Virus genome (UHGV): UHGV-1366603 | Length of the DNA: 64,000 nucleotides | Direction: 5' to 3' (one strand) | From: a virus | Part shown: positions 38,467 through 47,252 of the stretch, one piece after another | Layout: each line of letters begins with the position of its first letter | Position numbering within the stretch: position 1 is the first letter of the stretch | Notes under the pieces: generated by a model | What the model was told of the DNA's origin: nothing | The model's input: only the letters and a program-made list of their open reading frames with translations | Databases searched by the model: none | Made by a program: the position numbers and the translations under genes

Positions 38467-39110
38467 TGTTGATTCCTGAGCCGAGACTTCCCGATAAAAT
38501 GGTCAGGATCGCGGCGATAGACCCCGGTACGAGCCATCTCGGGATGGCGGTGCTGGATTGGGAATATGGCAGCGACCAAGCCGAAGTGGTGTGGGCTGAT
38601 ACCATGCACGTATTAGACCCAACACATCCAAGTGCGTTTGCAGAGTGTGTCGGTAAACGCGACGATCGCTTAGTAAAACTCGAAGCGTGCTACCGTGAGT
38701 TTCTTCGGATTGCGCGTCCGACGTTTGTTGCAACAGAAACGCCGTTTATGCGGCGGGCAAAACTCTCCGCGTATGAGTCTGGCGTAGAGTTACAGCTGAT
38801 GTTAAGACGGGCGTTATGGGACGTGTTTCCAGAGAAAGTCTTACACGGGTTCAATCCGATTATTGTAAAATCATTCGTTGGTGTGGAAGCGAAAGGAACG
38901 GACAAAACAGATATGTTTCGTGCCGTAACGAAGTTGTATCGCGACCACGCGTTGTTTGACATTACAACGTTGGATGAGCACAGTATCGATGCCGTGGCGG
39001 TGGGGAATATCTTTGTCAGGGTAAACCTGTTAAACTTGAATAGTCTCCTACCGCCAAAACAAAAGTCTGCTAAGACAGCAAAACGGCGGAGAAGACGTCG
39101 GAGGAAATAG
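38466..39110 (+). CDS. putative RuvC-like Holliday-junction resolvase/endonuclease with poly-Arg C-terminal tail
   Basis: N-terminal VRIAAIDPGTSHLGMAVLD (RuvC IDPG motif), internal ETPF and DEHSIDAVAVG acidic motifs, C-terminal KRRRRRRRK. Confidence 0.55.
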   Translation: MLIPEPRLPDKMVRIAAIDPGTSHLGMAVLDWEYGSDQAEVVWADTMHVLDPTHPSAFAECVGKRDDRLVKLEACYREFLRIARPTFVATETPFMRRAKLSAYESGVELQLMLRRALWDVFPEKVLHGFNPIIVKSFVGVEAKGTDKTDMFRAVTKLYRDHALFDITTLDEHSIDAVAVGNIFVRVNLLNLNSLLPPKQKSAKTAKRRRRRRRK

Positions 39111-39112
39111 CG

Positions 39113-39691
39113 ATGTCGCAACCAACACAAGACGTGTCAGCCGCAATTCTTGACATTCTTATCCAAGCAGGAAACAGAAAGTTAAGTAAAGAGCAGTCCG
39201 AAGAACTGTCTAAGATTCTCAAAGACAACTTCGGTGACGACGTCTCTGTAGACGTAACGCGGTCGGGTACAAAGATTCTGTCGGAGCTACGCCCAACGCT
39301 TCTTGAGAACATTGGAAAGATGGCGGAAAACTTTCAGCAGCAAGCCACAAACGCTGTAGAGAGTTTAGGTGACGAAGTAAGCAAAGAAACGATGTTGACA
39401 CTGTGGCCAAAACTTGCCGGTGCACAGAAGTTCATTATTGTTCTGCTTGCACTCGCCACTGTGGTCGTGACAGGCTTCTTAGCGTACGACACGCATCAGA
39501 ACTTTCCAAAAGACAGTATGGAAGTGTTATTTGTATCCTTACTTCCGCTGTTCGGATTGGTAGTATTTGCAACGTGGCCAATTAAAACGTTGGCTTACAA
39601 GTCGTTGGAGATTGCTACCAAAGTTGTCGAGAAGAAACTTGAGAAATCAGGTCAGGTCGTCGCGAAGACGGAAACAAAGACAGCGAAATAA
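39113..39691 (+). CDS. membrane protein (192 aa), two predicted TM helices
   Basis: Hydrophobic segments FIIVLLALATVVVTGFLAY and LFVSLLPLFGLVVFATW. Confidence 0.75.
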   Translation: MSQPTQDVSAAILDILIQAGNRKLSKEQSEELSKILKDNFGDDVSVDVTRSGTKILSELRPTLLENIGKMAENFQQQATNAVESLGDEVSKETMLTLWPKLAGAQKFIIVLLALATVVVTGFLAYDTHQNFPKDSMEVLFVSLLPLFGLVVFATWPIKTLAYKSLEIATKVVEKKLEKSGQVVAKTETKTAK

Positions 39692-39693
39692 AA

Positions 39694-39735
39694 CCAACCT
39701 CTACCTTCGGGTAGAGGTTTTCTTCTTTTTATTTT
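39694..39735 (+). terminator. intrinsic terminator (UUCG tetraloop)
   Basis: AACCTCTACC-TTCG-GGTAGAGGTT then T-rich tail. Confidence 0.85.
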
Positions 39736-39743
39736 ACAATTTT

Positions 39744-39760
39744 TGATCATACTGTGAGAC
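39744..39760 (+). promoter_or_regulatory. promoter-like element with GTGAGA half-site (TGATCATACTGTGAGAC)
   Basis: After terminator, upstream of AAGGAGACTT RBS and ATG 39780; shares TGTGAGA with other copies. Confidence 0.35.
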
Positions 39761-39779
39761 TTGAACAAGGAGACTTATC

Positions 39780-40433
39780 ATGGAACCACTACGTTTAATG
39801 ACCAGAACGCTACTGATTCCTATCTGGGAATTGAAGCTTGCCCCATTGCCTGCCTCTAATGGGGAGGTCATTGATTTTATTAAAGACGAAGAATTCGTGT
39901 TGACGGCTTTCCAGGAGACGCTGCATCGTTATTATAATGCAGTGCCTTTATCTGGCGGATTAGATTGCCCTGGTGTAGAAGGGAGTACGTCTGCGTTAAT
40001 TGCAGAGTATTTAGAACAGAAAGGAATCGGGGTTGGGAAAGGTCGGGTTTATGTGGACGTCGATAAACTGAAGAGTTATCAGATTGAGCTGACGTTTCAG
40101 ATAAGAAAATTACTTACTCGCTACGGTCTTTTCTCGATTAACTGTAAGGTTGATGACGTACGGATGTTAGACCACGGTTTTACCACCGCCCTCAAAACTT
40201 GTCGCGGTAAAAGATTCGTACAATTTGCGTGGTGGGTACCAGTATTGCGTGGTGAGAGAAAAACGGTGGAGGGGTTGTACGGCTGGGCGCTATGGAGCGA
40301 AGTTCCAGTAAATAAACTCGATGCGGTTATTCCAAAGCACCGAAACGTTCCGCTTAGCAGTTTATTTACTTCCGGCGAGAACACTACGTGGGCTGAATTC
40401 GTTAATAACGTTATGTCAATTGGGGAACAATGA
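39780..40433 (+). CDS. hypothetical protein (217 aa)
   Basis: AAGGAGAC RBS; first gene of accessory block. Confidence 0.8.
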   Translation: MEPLRLMTRTLLIPIWELKLAPLPASNGEVIDFIKDEEFVLTAFQETLHRYYNAVPLSGGLDCPGVEGSTSALIAEYLEQKGIGVGKGRVYVDVDKLKSYQIELTFQIRKLLTRYGLFSINCKVDDVRMLDHGFTTALKTCRGKRFVQFAWWVPVLRGERKTVEGLYGWALWSEVPVNKLDAVIPKHRNVPLSSLFTSGENTTWAEFVNNVMSIGEQ

Positions 40434-40909
40434 TGCAGCAATTAGATATTACTGAAGACAAAATCTCCGCTAAATTTCCACAATTACGCGAATACATTAA
40501 GGACTTAAACTCGATACGCGAAACACCTGTTCGTATTACGTTAGCGATAGAAGACGATATTACGCACGGTATTGCGATTTGGGAACCGGGCAATCTTATC
40601 TATCTGGTGGTAGCAGAAGGTTCTCGTCGTTTCGGCGTGGGTTCGTTCTTATTGCAGTACGTTCAGTTGAATTCCGATCGTCAAATGGTGACGTGTCGTG
40701 TCCACCCTTCGAACATTGACGGCCTGTGTTTCTTTTCGAAAAAAGGCTACCAGATTGACCGTTGGTATATCGCCAGCGACTCTCGTCGGTATTTTCGTAT
40801 GACGAACGGTAACGTTGTTTCGTCATACGCCCCGCCGGAAGAAGGATATTTGGTGGATTTTATCGAAAACACGCCCATCTTTCTCTCTGTTGCGGATAAA
40901 ATTTATTAA
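40430..40909 (+). CDS. GNAT-family acetyltransferase (159 aa)
   Basis: GNAT motif A-like LVVAEGSRRFGVGSFLL; ATGA coupling to upstream gene. Confidence 0.6.
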   Translation: MMQQLDITEDKISAKFPQLREYIKDLNSIRETPVRITLAIEDDITHGIAIWEPGNLIYLVVAEGSRRFGVGSFLLQYVQLNSDRQMVTCRVHPSNIDGLCFFSKKGYQIDRWYIASDSRRYFRMTNGNVVSSYAPPEEGYLVDFIENTPIFLSVADKIY

Positions 40910-40925
40910 CCGTTGAGAGTCTAAA

Positions 40926-41402
40926 ATGATACGTGTCGAATATGAGACGCGGTGCTTAGAAGACAATCGAGCAAAAGCATTACGTTGTGTTGAAATCGTC
41001 CCCGAACACGAACTGGATATTCAAGCTGGTAAGGTTCGGGGCGTTCCGGTTAAGATCGTACAACATAGCCATTGTTCGCAATATAAAGAGAAAGCTGTCC
41101 CAGTAGTACGTTCCAGTAAACGAGAAGACTTTTCAGAACTCCGTAAGTGTTTTCAACGACACTACCGCCGGAGTAAATGGAAAGTGTTGGTATTAATGTT
41201 AGTCGACGATTTCATTAAAGACCTGGTTTGGGAAGAAGTGCTTAAAGAGCGTGGTTTTCAACCCAAACCGTTCTCGTATCACTGGGAACGTTTCAAAAAG
41301 AAATACCACGAGTCATTGCGTTGGTCTCCGAACACCCGGAATATGATGCCGCGTTTAGAGTCAATGTCTTGGCTTCGTGTTTATCTCGATGAGGTAAACT
41401 GA
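40926..41402 (+). CDS. hypothetical protein (158 aa)
   Basis: ORF; stop overlaps next start. Confidence 0.7.
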   Translation: MIRVEYETRCLEDNRAKALRCVEIVPEHELDIQAGKVRGVPVKIVQHSHCSQYKEKAVPVVRSSKREDFSELRKCFQRHYRRSKWKVLVLMLVDDFIKDLVWEEVLKERGFQPKPFSYHWERFKKKYHESLRWSPNTRNMMPRLESMSWLRVYLDEVN

Positions 41403-41791
41403 TGAAACGTTTTATTACTCCATTTCTAATGTTACTTTCGTTTTCTGTATTAGCGGATTTTAAACCTTACGATATCAGTCGTTACGAACCTGCTGTTCCT
41501 GGCGATAAACCGGTTGTGTTTAAAGCAGACGACCAACCCGTCACTGCGGTTCAAAACGATGAGTTTGCAGTGGTGAATTACGGCAAAACGGACTTATGCC
41601 CTGCGGGTGGATTTTATCTGGTGAACATCAAACGTCGAACTTATCAGTTTGTTGATCCGGGTAGCTGCTCTGCAATGGTTAAGGTGACGTTAGAAACCGT
41701 ACCTTACACGAATAAAAACATTAATATACAACGTTTAACCTTTTATGCGGGTGATGAAATCACAGCACGTTATCCGTTATACGGGTATTAG
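41402..41791 (+). CDS. secreted/periplasmic protein (129 aa) with N-terminal signal peptide
   Basis: MKRFITPFLMLLSFSVLA signal-like N-terminus; two Cys pairs. Confidence 0.7.
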   Translation: MKRFITPFLMLLSFSVLADFKPYDISRYEPAVPGDKPVVFKADDQPVTAVQNDEFAVVNYGKTDLCPAGGFYLVNIKRRTYQFVDPGSCSAMVKVTLETVPYTNKNINIQRLTFYAGDEITARYPLYGY

Positions 41792-41814
41792 TGATTAGCC
41801 CCCACGGAGTTCGT

Positions 41815-42453
41815 ATGTCTTTTGTAATTGATTTCGACGTTGGCCACAGACAGAACTTACTTAATCTCGTTAGTTATTGTAACAGTGACAGTGTACGGAA
41901 AAAGCTTTCGGCTGAAAAGGTAGACGTTACGCTCGTCGGTGCCCCAACACCGGAAGGACGCTATAAGGTAAAGTTAACGAACCGTAACGACATAAACGAT
42001 GCGGTACTGATTACCTACACAAAGCTTCAACTGAACGACTTCCTTGAGATTCCTGCCAAGTATCTGGATTGGTTTGATTTCGAAAACGGTCAACCTAAGA
42101 ACTACGATACGTGGGCAGCTTCCGCTAAAGTCGCTGTAGAGAAAATGTGCCAAGACCGAGGTATGGTGATATCGCGCGCTTGGGACACCGGTTCACAGTG
42201 TCACATTGAGTTTGACGAGTCTATCGAACGCTATGTGGTTGTTTACGAGTGCGACTCTTTTATTTATAGTGCGAGAAACCGATTCATCTTACCTCTACAC
42301 TTAGGGCAGGTGATTAACGACACGACATTAGACGGTCTTGATTACAATAACGAACTGAACAAGAAACCATTGGCGGATTTGGACGGTGAGTTAGAAGTGT
42401 GGATGGGTCAGGCGTTGGTTGAGACAGTCGTCTTAAGCGGCCTGGAAATGTAG
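41815..42453 (+). CDS. hypothetical protein (212 aa; track gives GTG start 41791)
   Basis: ATG preceded by GGAG RBS. Confidence 0.7.
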   Translation: MSFVIDFDVGHRQNLLNLVSYCNSDSVRKKLSAEKVDVTLVGAPTPEGRYKVKLTNRNDINDAVLITYTKLQLNDFLEIPAKYLDWFDFENGQPKNYDTWAASAKVAVEKMCQDRGMVISRAWDTGSQCHIEFDESIERYVVVYECDSFIYSARNRFILPLHLGQVINDTTLDGLDYNNELNKKPLADLDGELEVWMGQALVETVVLSGLEM

Positions 42454-42465
42454 TAGTAACGGTGG

Positions 42466-42506
42466 GTAGAGAGAGCTTTCGGGCTCTCTCTACTTTTCTT
42501 TTTTTT
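42466..42506 (+). terminator. intrinsic terminator
   Basis: GTAGAGAGAGC-TTTCGG-GCTCTCTCTAC followed by T-run. Confidence 0.9.
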
Positions 42507-42535
42507 CATTAACGACGGTCTTTATGGAGGTGACC

Positions 42536-43090
42536 ATGAAAGAATATAAAATCGCGATCATCGGGTCTCGAGAAACACCGGAAGACGTTATGCAGGAAAT
42601 GTTGGAAACGTTACGGGAAGGGTTTCGAATCTTACGAAAGAAAGGCTACACGATTACCACCCGTTCTGGAGGATGTTATAAAGGCCCAGACCAACTTCAG
42701 TTCATGTTAGCACGCACCGAGGACGTTAAGAGCGTTTGTTACCTGCCGGATGAAAAGAAAATGTGGCTAGGGAAAATACACCCTAAAGTAGAGTTCCGTT
42801 ATATCCCACAAGACGTGCAGTACCGAGCAGTTGTTGCTTCACTCCACCCAAACCCAGATAAGCTCTCACCGATTGCCTGGGCGTTACACGGTCGTAATCT
42901 GAATATCATCTCAGGTGACCGTTTAGACGAACCGGTAGACGCAGTGTATTATTTCAGCGACCACGACAAACACGGAAACGCAAAGGGTGGTACTGCGATG
43001 GGTGTAAAATACGCGAAGTCAGTCGACGTTCCTTGTTACTACCATACCGCCGATCGAGATAAGTGGTTGGAAAGTCTTCGTTTATTATGA
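42536..43090 (+). CDS. SLOG/DprA-like Rossmann-fold protein (184 aa)
   Basis: KIAIIGSRE…TITTRSGGCYKGPDQ resembles DprA/Smf and SLOG-family glycine-rich motifs; GGAGGTG RBS. Confidence 0.5.
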   Translation: MKEYKIAIIGSRETPEDVMQEMLETLREGFRILRKKGYTITTRSGGCYKGPDQLQFMLARTEDVKSVCYLPDEKKMWLGKIHPKVEFRYIPQDVQYRAVVASLHPNPDKLSPIAWALHGRNLNIISGDRLDEPVDAVYYFSDHDKHGNAKGGTAMGVKYAKSVDVPCYYHTADRDKWLESLRLL

Positions 43091-43240
43091 ACTTGACTTT
43101 AACCGCTTTACAAAGGGAATCCCGATAAGCGTCGTAGTTGAGTTCAGCGATTCGCCGTGCGATGGGAACAGAAGTTACTGCGTATCCGACAGCAGGGTGA
43201 ACTGGGTAAAAGTAAGATCAAAGCAAACGAGTAAATTATC

Positions 43241-44374
43241 ATGTCAACGTTAGATAGCGACTTAGAAGTGCTTTGTGACGATTACGACCGACTCGTAGCG
43301 TTAGAATCCATTGGAGTAAAAGATAATTATCCGGCTATCGTTGCTATCCGTAAACGTTGGCTTTTGGATGATGTGGTTGTTGCGTCAGAGTCTTCGGCCA
43401 TGATGCACCGCGCACAGTTTTTGTCAGACACGGAACCTGATAAAGGGATAGGCAAAGCGGCTGCGCGACTCACCGGACGTGCTGTTCGTGGCGTCAGTCG
43501 GGTAGCAGGCCGTGCTGCCAGTGCAGGTGCAAAAGCATCAGCGAACTTTGCAGGTAAACATTCCAAACAGCTTGCTTTACGTTTTGTGGACTTTGCTGAG
43601 GCTGCGGGTAAAGAAGTCATTAAGGAATTAAAAGAAGCGACGTCTAAAGCGACGACCTTAGAGCGCAAACTGCAAAAGTTAAATGCACGTCTAAGTTTAA
43701 TCGGTGACAAAGACACCTTAAAACCGGTTGACTGCGACACGGGAAGCTGGACGACCAAAGTTTGTTTAGAAGACAAACCTAATGTAAAAGCGTGTATTGA
43801 GTTCAGTAAGAACCTGAACGCAATGGATGCGATGGTCAACGATTATACCGTTAAAACGCGTACTATTCTCGGTAAGAGTAAGAAAGTTACTGAGAGTGGT
43901 TTGGAGAGAGTAGGTCGGTCAACGAACTGGGCGATTAAACGTAGTGCAGGGTTGTTCGGTATTATCGATCCGTTTAAAACGGTGAAAGCGTATCCGTGGC
44001 CAGGTAACGTGGTGGTCGTTGAACACGACAACGGTAAGATTGAGTGGGCGATTGCCCGTGATGGTGATTTTGGCCACACAATCAAATCTCTGAACTTACA
44101 CGAAATCGGTTCAGCTCTCGAAGCCGTTGAAAAAATTATCCGTGCTTTACGTCAGCGTGGTACGAAGCGTCGTAGTGTTGGTTATACCGGTATTTACGAT
44201 GAAATTCAGCGAATGAAAAAAGAATTGAAATCGTTAGACGGTCGTGAATTACGTGACGCTACCGTTCGGTATAAAAACGCACTGCGTTTAGAAGATGCGT
44301 TTACTACCTCGTTAGTGCGTGTTGCGGAAGGCTTACTGGAATGGTGCAGGTTGTCGCTGATTGAGGTTAAATAA
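43241..44374 (+). CDS. hypothetical protein (377 aa), Ala/Arg-rich N-terminal region
   Basis: ORF; TAATG coupling to downstream GNAT. Confidence 0.75.
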   Translation: MSTLDSDLEVLCDDYDRLVALESIGVKDNYPAIVAIRKRWLLDDVVVASESSAMMHRAQFLSDTEPDKGIGKAAARLTGRAVRGVSRVAGRAASAGAKASANFAGKHSKQLALRFVDFAEAAGKEVIKELKEATSKATTLERKLQKLNARLSLIGDKDTLKPVDCDTGSWTTKVCLEDKPNVKACIEFSKNLNAMDAMVNDYTVKTRTILGKSKKVTESGLERVGRSTNWAIKRSAGLFGIIDPFKTVKAYPWPGNVVVVEHDNGKIEWAIARDGDFGHTIKSLNLHEIGSALEAVEKIIRALRQRGTKRRSVGYTGIYDEIQRMKKELKSLDGRELRDATVRYKNALRLEDAFTTSLVRVAEGLLEWCRLSLIEVK

Positions 44375-44841
44375 TGCGTATCACTATTATTCTCAAACCC
44401 GACAGTAAATACGGAAAGTTATACGGCGACCAGGTACTCAAACTGCACAACATGTTGTTCGCAGAAGAGAAAGTGCGTATTAGTCAGTTAACTGGACGTG
44501 ACACGTTCAACCCCATCGAACGTTTAGAAGAGATTTGGCCTCAAGATTATCTCTGTGCTTGTGCGGTGGGTGACAACGAACAGCTTCTGGGATTTATGAC
44601 GTTCTCATTGGGTTCTTGCTCAAAAGACACGTTTGTTTACATCGGGAATTACTATGTGATTCCTGAAGCACGCTCTCAAGGGGTAGGGCGTGCGCTTATG
44701 GACAAAGTCCGTGAATACGGAAAGTCTAAAGGTTGTGGTTGGATGAGTCTGGATGTGTTAGACAACAACGTTAAAGCTATCTCCTTGTATGAGAAAATGG
44801 GATTCCGTACCGAATGCAGGGAAATGATAAAGGAAATCTAA
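44374..44841 (+). CDS. GNAT-family N-acetyltransferase (155 aa)
   Basis: Classic GNAT motifs YVIPEARSQGVGRALMDKV and AISLYEKMGF. Confidence 0.8.
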   Translation: MRITIILKPDSKYGKLYGDQVLKLHNMLFAEEKVRISQLTGRDTFNPIERLEEIWPQDYLCACAVGDNEQLLGFMTFSLGSCSKDTFVYIGNYYVIPEARSQGVGRALMDKVREYGKSKGCGWMSLDVLDNNVKAISLYEKMGFRTECREMIKEI

Positions 44842-44842
44842 A

Positions 44843-45475
44843 ATGGCTGCAAGATTCGTACCGTTTCATGACGGGTCTAGATATACTTTTGGTGTAGAGC
44901 GTTACGCTGTGGGTTTTCGTCCTGGTTGGAGAGTGGTACGAATCGATAAAGCGTGTTGGTGTTTACCGACCGGCATTTTTGATTACTTTACGCCTGAAGC
45001 TTTAACGCGGTTTGTTTCTCTGGGTTCTCCCACGCAACGTGCTGCGTGGGAAAAGAATATTCGTTGCCGTTATTTGGGTAAAACACGAAACGCGACGGTA
45101 CGCGGTGTTTATCACGTAGGAAGCCGTTGGTTACACGTTGAGCCAACACATCTCCGTTGTGCCGTCACGCCCTTTAACGGTGAATATCGCGGTCAGGTGT
45201 ACACTGGGTTACATTTTGCGTTCCCGGATAACCCTGACCTTAATTATTTTCTGGCTACCCCGAAAGACGTTACATTAGCCACGTTCTATAAATACCTTTT
45301 GTTCTATCCTGCGTACGTCGTTGCAGAATACGAACACAAAGCATTTCCTCTACCTTACGGTAGAGACAGGAGATTAGCAGGATGTTCTATCGAGAACTTC
45401 AGCAATACACCGACGCTCTCCGAAAAGCGACCATTGATGCTCACAACAACCTCAGAGATGTCGTTAGCGTTATAG
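44843..45475 (+). CDS. hypothetical protein (210 aa)
   Basis: ORF beginning 2 nt after GNAT stop; 3' end overlaps next ORF by 94 nt. Confidence 0.6.
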   Translation: MAARFVPFHDGSRYTFGVERYAVGFRPGWRVVRIDKACWCLPTGIFDYFTPEALTRFVSLGSPTQRAAWEKNIRCRYLGKTRNATVRGVYHVGSRWLHVEPTHLRCAVTPFNGEYRGQVYTGLHFAFPDNPDLNYFLATPKDVTLATFYKYLLFYPAYVVAEYEHKAFPLPYGRDRRLAGCSIENFSNTPTLSEKRPLMLTTTSEMSLAL

Positions 45476-45753
45476 AACAGTGTTCGGATGTATTGTATGC
45501 GGAAACGATTGAAACGCCAACCCGCGACGGTGTGAAATCGCTCCAGCTACACGTTTGTAGTAAACACGGCAGTCTGTCGTTAAACTTCCGTGTAGGTTTA
45601 GATTATTACATGGTTCGTAAGAGCTATTTAAGTTGTGACGGTGACCTCTATCCGGTTGTCTGGAACAACGATTATTCTAAGTTTGTTTATCCACTTGAAG
45701 AACACCGACGCACGGTTTATGAATTTGTGAAAGCTGTTCTCGAGGGGTTCTAA
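45382..45753 (+). CDS. hypothetical protein (123 aa)
   Basis: ORF with AGGAG RBS. Confidence 0.6.
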   Translation: MFYRELQQYTDALRKATIDAHNNLRDVVSVIEQCSDVLYAETIETPTRDGVKSLQLHVCSKHGSLSLNFRVGLDYYMVRKSYLSCDGDLYPVVWNNDYSKFVYPLEEHRRTVYEFVKAVLEGF

Positions 45754-45766
45754 AGAGGGTATTGTG

Positions 45767-46372
45767 ATGTCAGAGATGATTCTCGACTCATTACTGCTGA
45801 TTACGGTGGCGTATATCAACAAAACCGGTAAGCTACCAAAGCGTGGGGTGACGATTGAACGGGAGGGGTTTAAGCACCGCTACCCGTTAACGAAAGTTCT
45901 CGATTTGGCAGCGCGGTTAGCGAAGATGCGTAGACCGACGTCAGACGCAGCACCGAAGTACGTCTTAGTGGTACTCCAACGTGCGATTTCTGAAGTCCGT
46001 CGTGCGCGTCGTCGTGCCTCGTTTCGCTTTTATCCAAACTCTACGCAACAGGTTGTGGGGGTCTATAACGAAATGGTTGTTGATTTACGTGCCGAACGCT
46101 GTAACGTTACAGGACTTGCGTATAACCGCCTCAAACGCATTCTGGACGACTCAGACGCGTTTACCACACCGCAAGAAGGTCAAGCGGCTTTAGCGCTTCT
46201 ACGAGGCGCTGAGCTCGTTATTGTGGACACCGCAGTACAGGCCGCAAGAATGCAGCACTATCTTGCTAAGCAAGGGTTAGTTTTACTGTGTGTACCGTCT
46301 GCACAGACTGCTAATCTTACCGCACCGGAAACGTCAGAAGTGTGGAGTGGTCCGATTGTTGACCATCAATAA
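45767..46372 (+). CDS. hypothetical protein (201 aa)
   Basis: ATG after AGAGGG RBS (track GTG 45764). Confidence 0.7.
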   Translation: MSEMILDSLLLITVAYINKTGKLPKRGVTIEREGFKHRYPLTKVLDLAARLAKMRRPTSDAAPKYVLVVLQRAISEVRRARRRASFRFYPNSTQQVVGVYNEMVVDLRAERCNVTGLAYNRLKRILDDSDAFTTPQEGQAALALLRGAELVIVDTAVQAARMQHYLAKQGLVLLCVPSAQTANLTAPETSEVWSGPIVDHQ

Positions 46373-46379
46373 AACCTTA

Positions 46380-46416
46380 CCCCTACCTATCGGTAGGGGC
46401 GGGTTTCTTTTTTATC
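46380..46416 (+). terminator. intrinsic terminator
   Basis: CCCCTACC-TATCG-GGTAGGGG then T-run. Confidence 0.85.
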
Positions 46417-46510
46417 CTAAAATTTATTACAACCAATAGCTATTATGTGAACGCCGGTATGGAATAAAGAAGTATCGGTTTAAATTTTTGTGCGTAAAGG
46501 TAAAACGATA

Positions 46511-47134
46511 ATGCTTAAGACAGTGTCTATTGATGGCCCTGACTTTTCTGGGAAATCGACGTTGTGCAAAATGGTAAAAGGTATGCTGGAATCTGCGGGG
46601 TTAAAGGTCTGCATCCGTAATCACCCTACGACGGAGACCGAAGCGGGTATCCGCGCACGCAGTTTAGTCATTCAGTCCGCAGCAAAAGCAAAAATTGCCG
46701 AAGCGATGTGCGACGATTTCCTCCACACGTTAGACCATGTTGTTGACGATTACGATGTTGTTATTTTCGACAGGTTCTGTCCCTCTACAGTCGTTTACCA
46801 GGGTGTCGACGGTAAAGACGAAGTTTTCCGACGTAAGCTAACGCGTCATTTCCACGCACCAGATTTGTACGTTTGGACAGATGTGGATTACGACGGCGCA
46901 GTAGCACGCTTTAAGAAACGGGTAGAAGAACAAGGTAAGAATTGGGACGATGAGGTTCTTACCGTTAAGTATTTAAAAGACAACCAAAGTTGGGAAGCGT
47001 TACGTGACCACTACCGCTTCGCCCACCACATTCTCACTGAAGGCGGTTGTCTACACCATTTATTACCCGTGAAGCAAGACGACGATTACCGGTTAAAAGC
47101 GGCTGAAATCGTTGCTTGTATTTTAGAGAATTAA
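46511..47134 (+). CDS. tmk: thymidylate (dNMP) kinase-like P-loop kinase
   Basis: P-loop GPDFSGKST and DRF.PSTVVYQG matching E. coli Tmk DRH.LSTQAYQG (from memory); start set at ATG 46511 (track GTG 46490). Confidence 0.75.
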   Translation: MLKTVSIDGPDFSGKSTLCKMVKGMLESAGLKVCIRNHPTTETEAGIRARSLVIQSAAKAKIAEAMCDDFLHTLDHVVDDYDVVIFDRFCPSTVVYQGVDGKDEVFRRKLTRHFHAPDLYVWTDVDYDGAVARFKKRVEEQGKNWDDEVLTVKYLKDNQSWEALRDHYRFAHHILTEGGCLHHLLPVKQDDDYRLKAAEIVACILEN

Positions 47135-47141
47135 TCACATA

Positions 47142-47176
47142 CCCCTACCTTCGGGTAGGGGGTTATTTAATTTTTT
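47142..47176 (+). terminator. intrinsic terminator (UUCG tetraloop)
   Basis: CCCCTACC-TTCG-GGTAGGGG then T-run; same stem as terminator 46380. Confidence 0.85.
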
Positions 47177-47206
47177 CTCAGATAGATATTACCTTAGTGA
47201 GATTAC
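47177..47206 (+). promoter_or_regulatory. promoter-like motif copy 2 (CTCAGATAGATATTACCTTAGTGAGATTAC)
   Basis: Identical 30-mer to 12323-12352; same 46-nt spacing to ATG and similar leader. Confidence 0.55.
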
Positions 47207-47252
47207 ACAATAACCTCTTTACGACTTGTTCTACAGATTAGGATTAATTACC

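Noticed and set aside
43091-43240. 150-bp intergenic region as ncRNA or terminator
   Set aside because: Only imperfect inverted repeats and no convincing hairpin with T-run or promoter motif; insufficient evidence.
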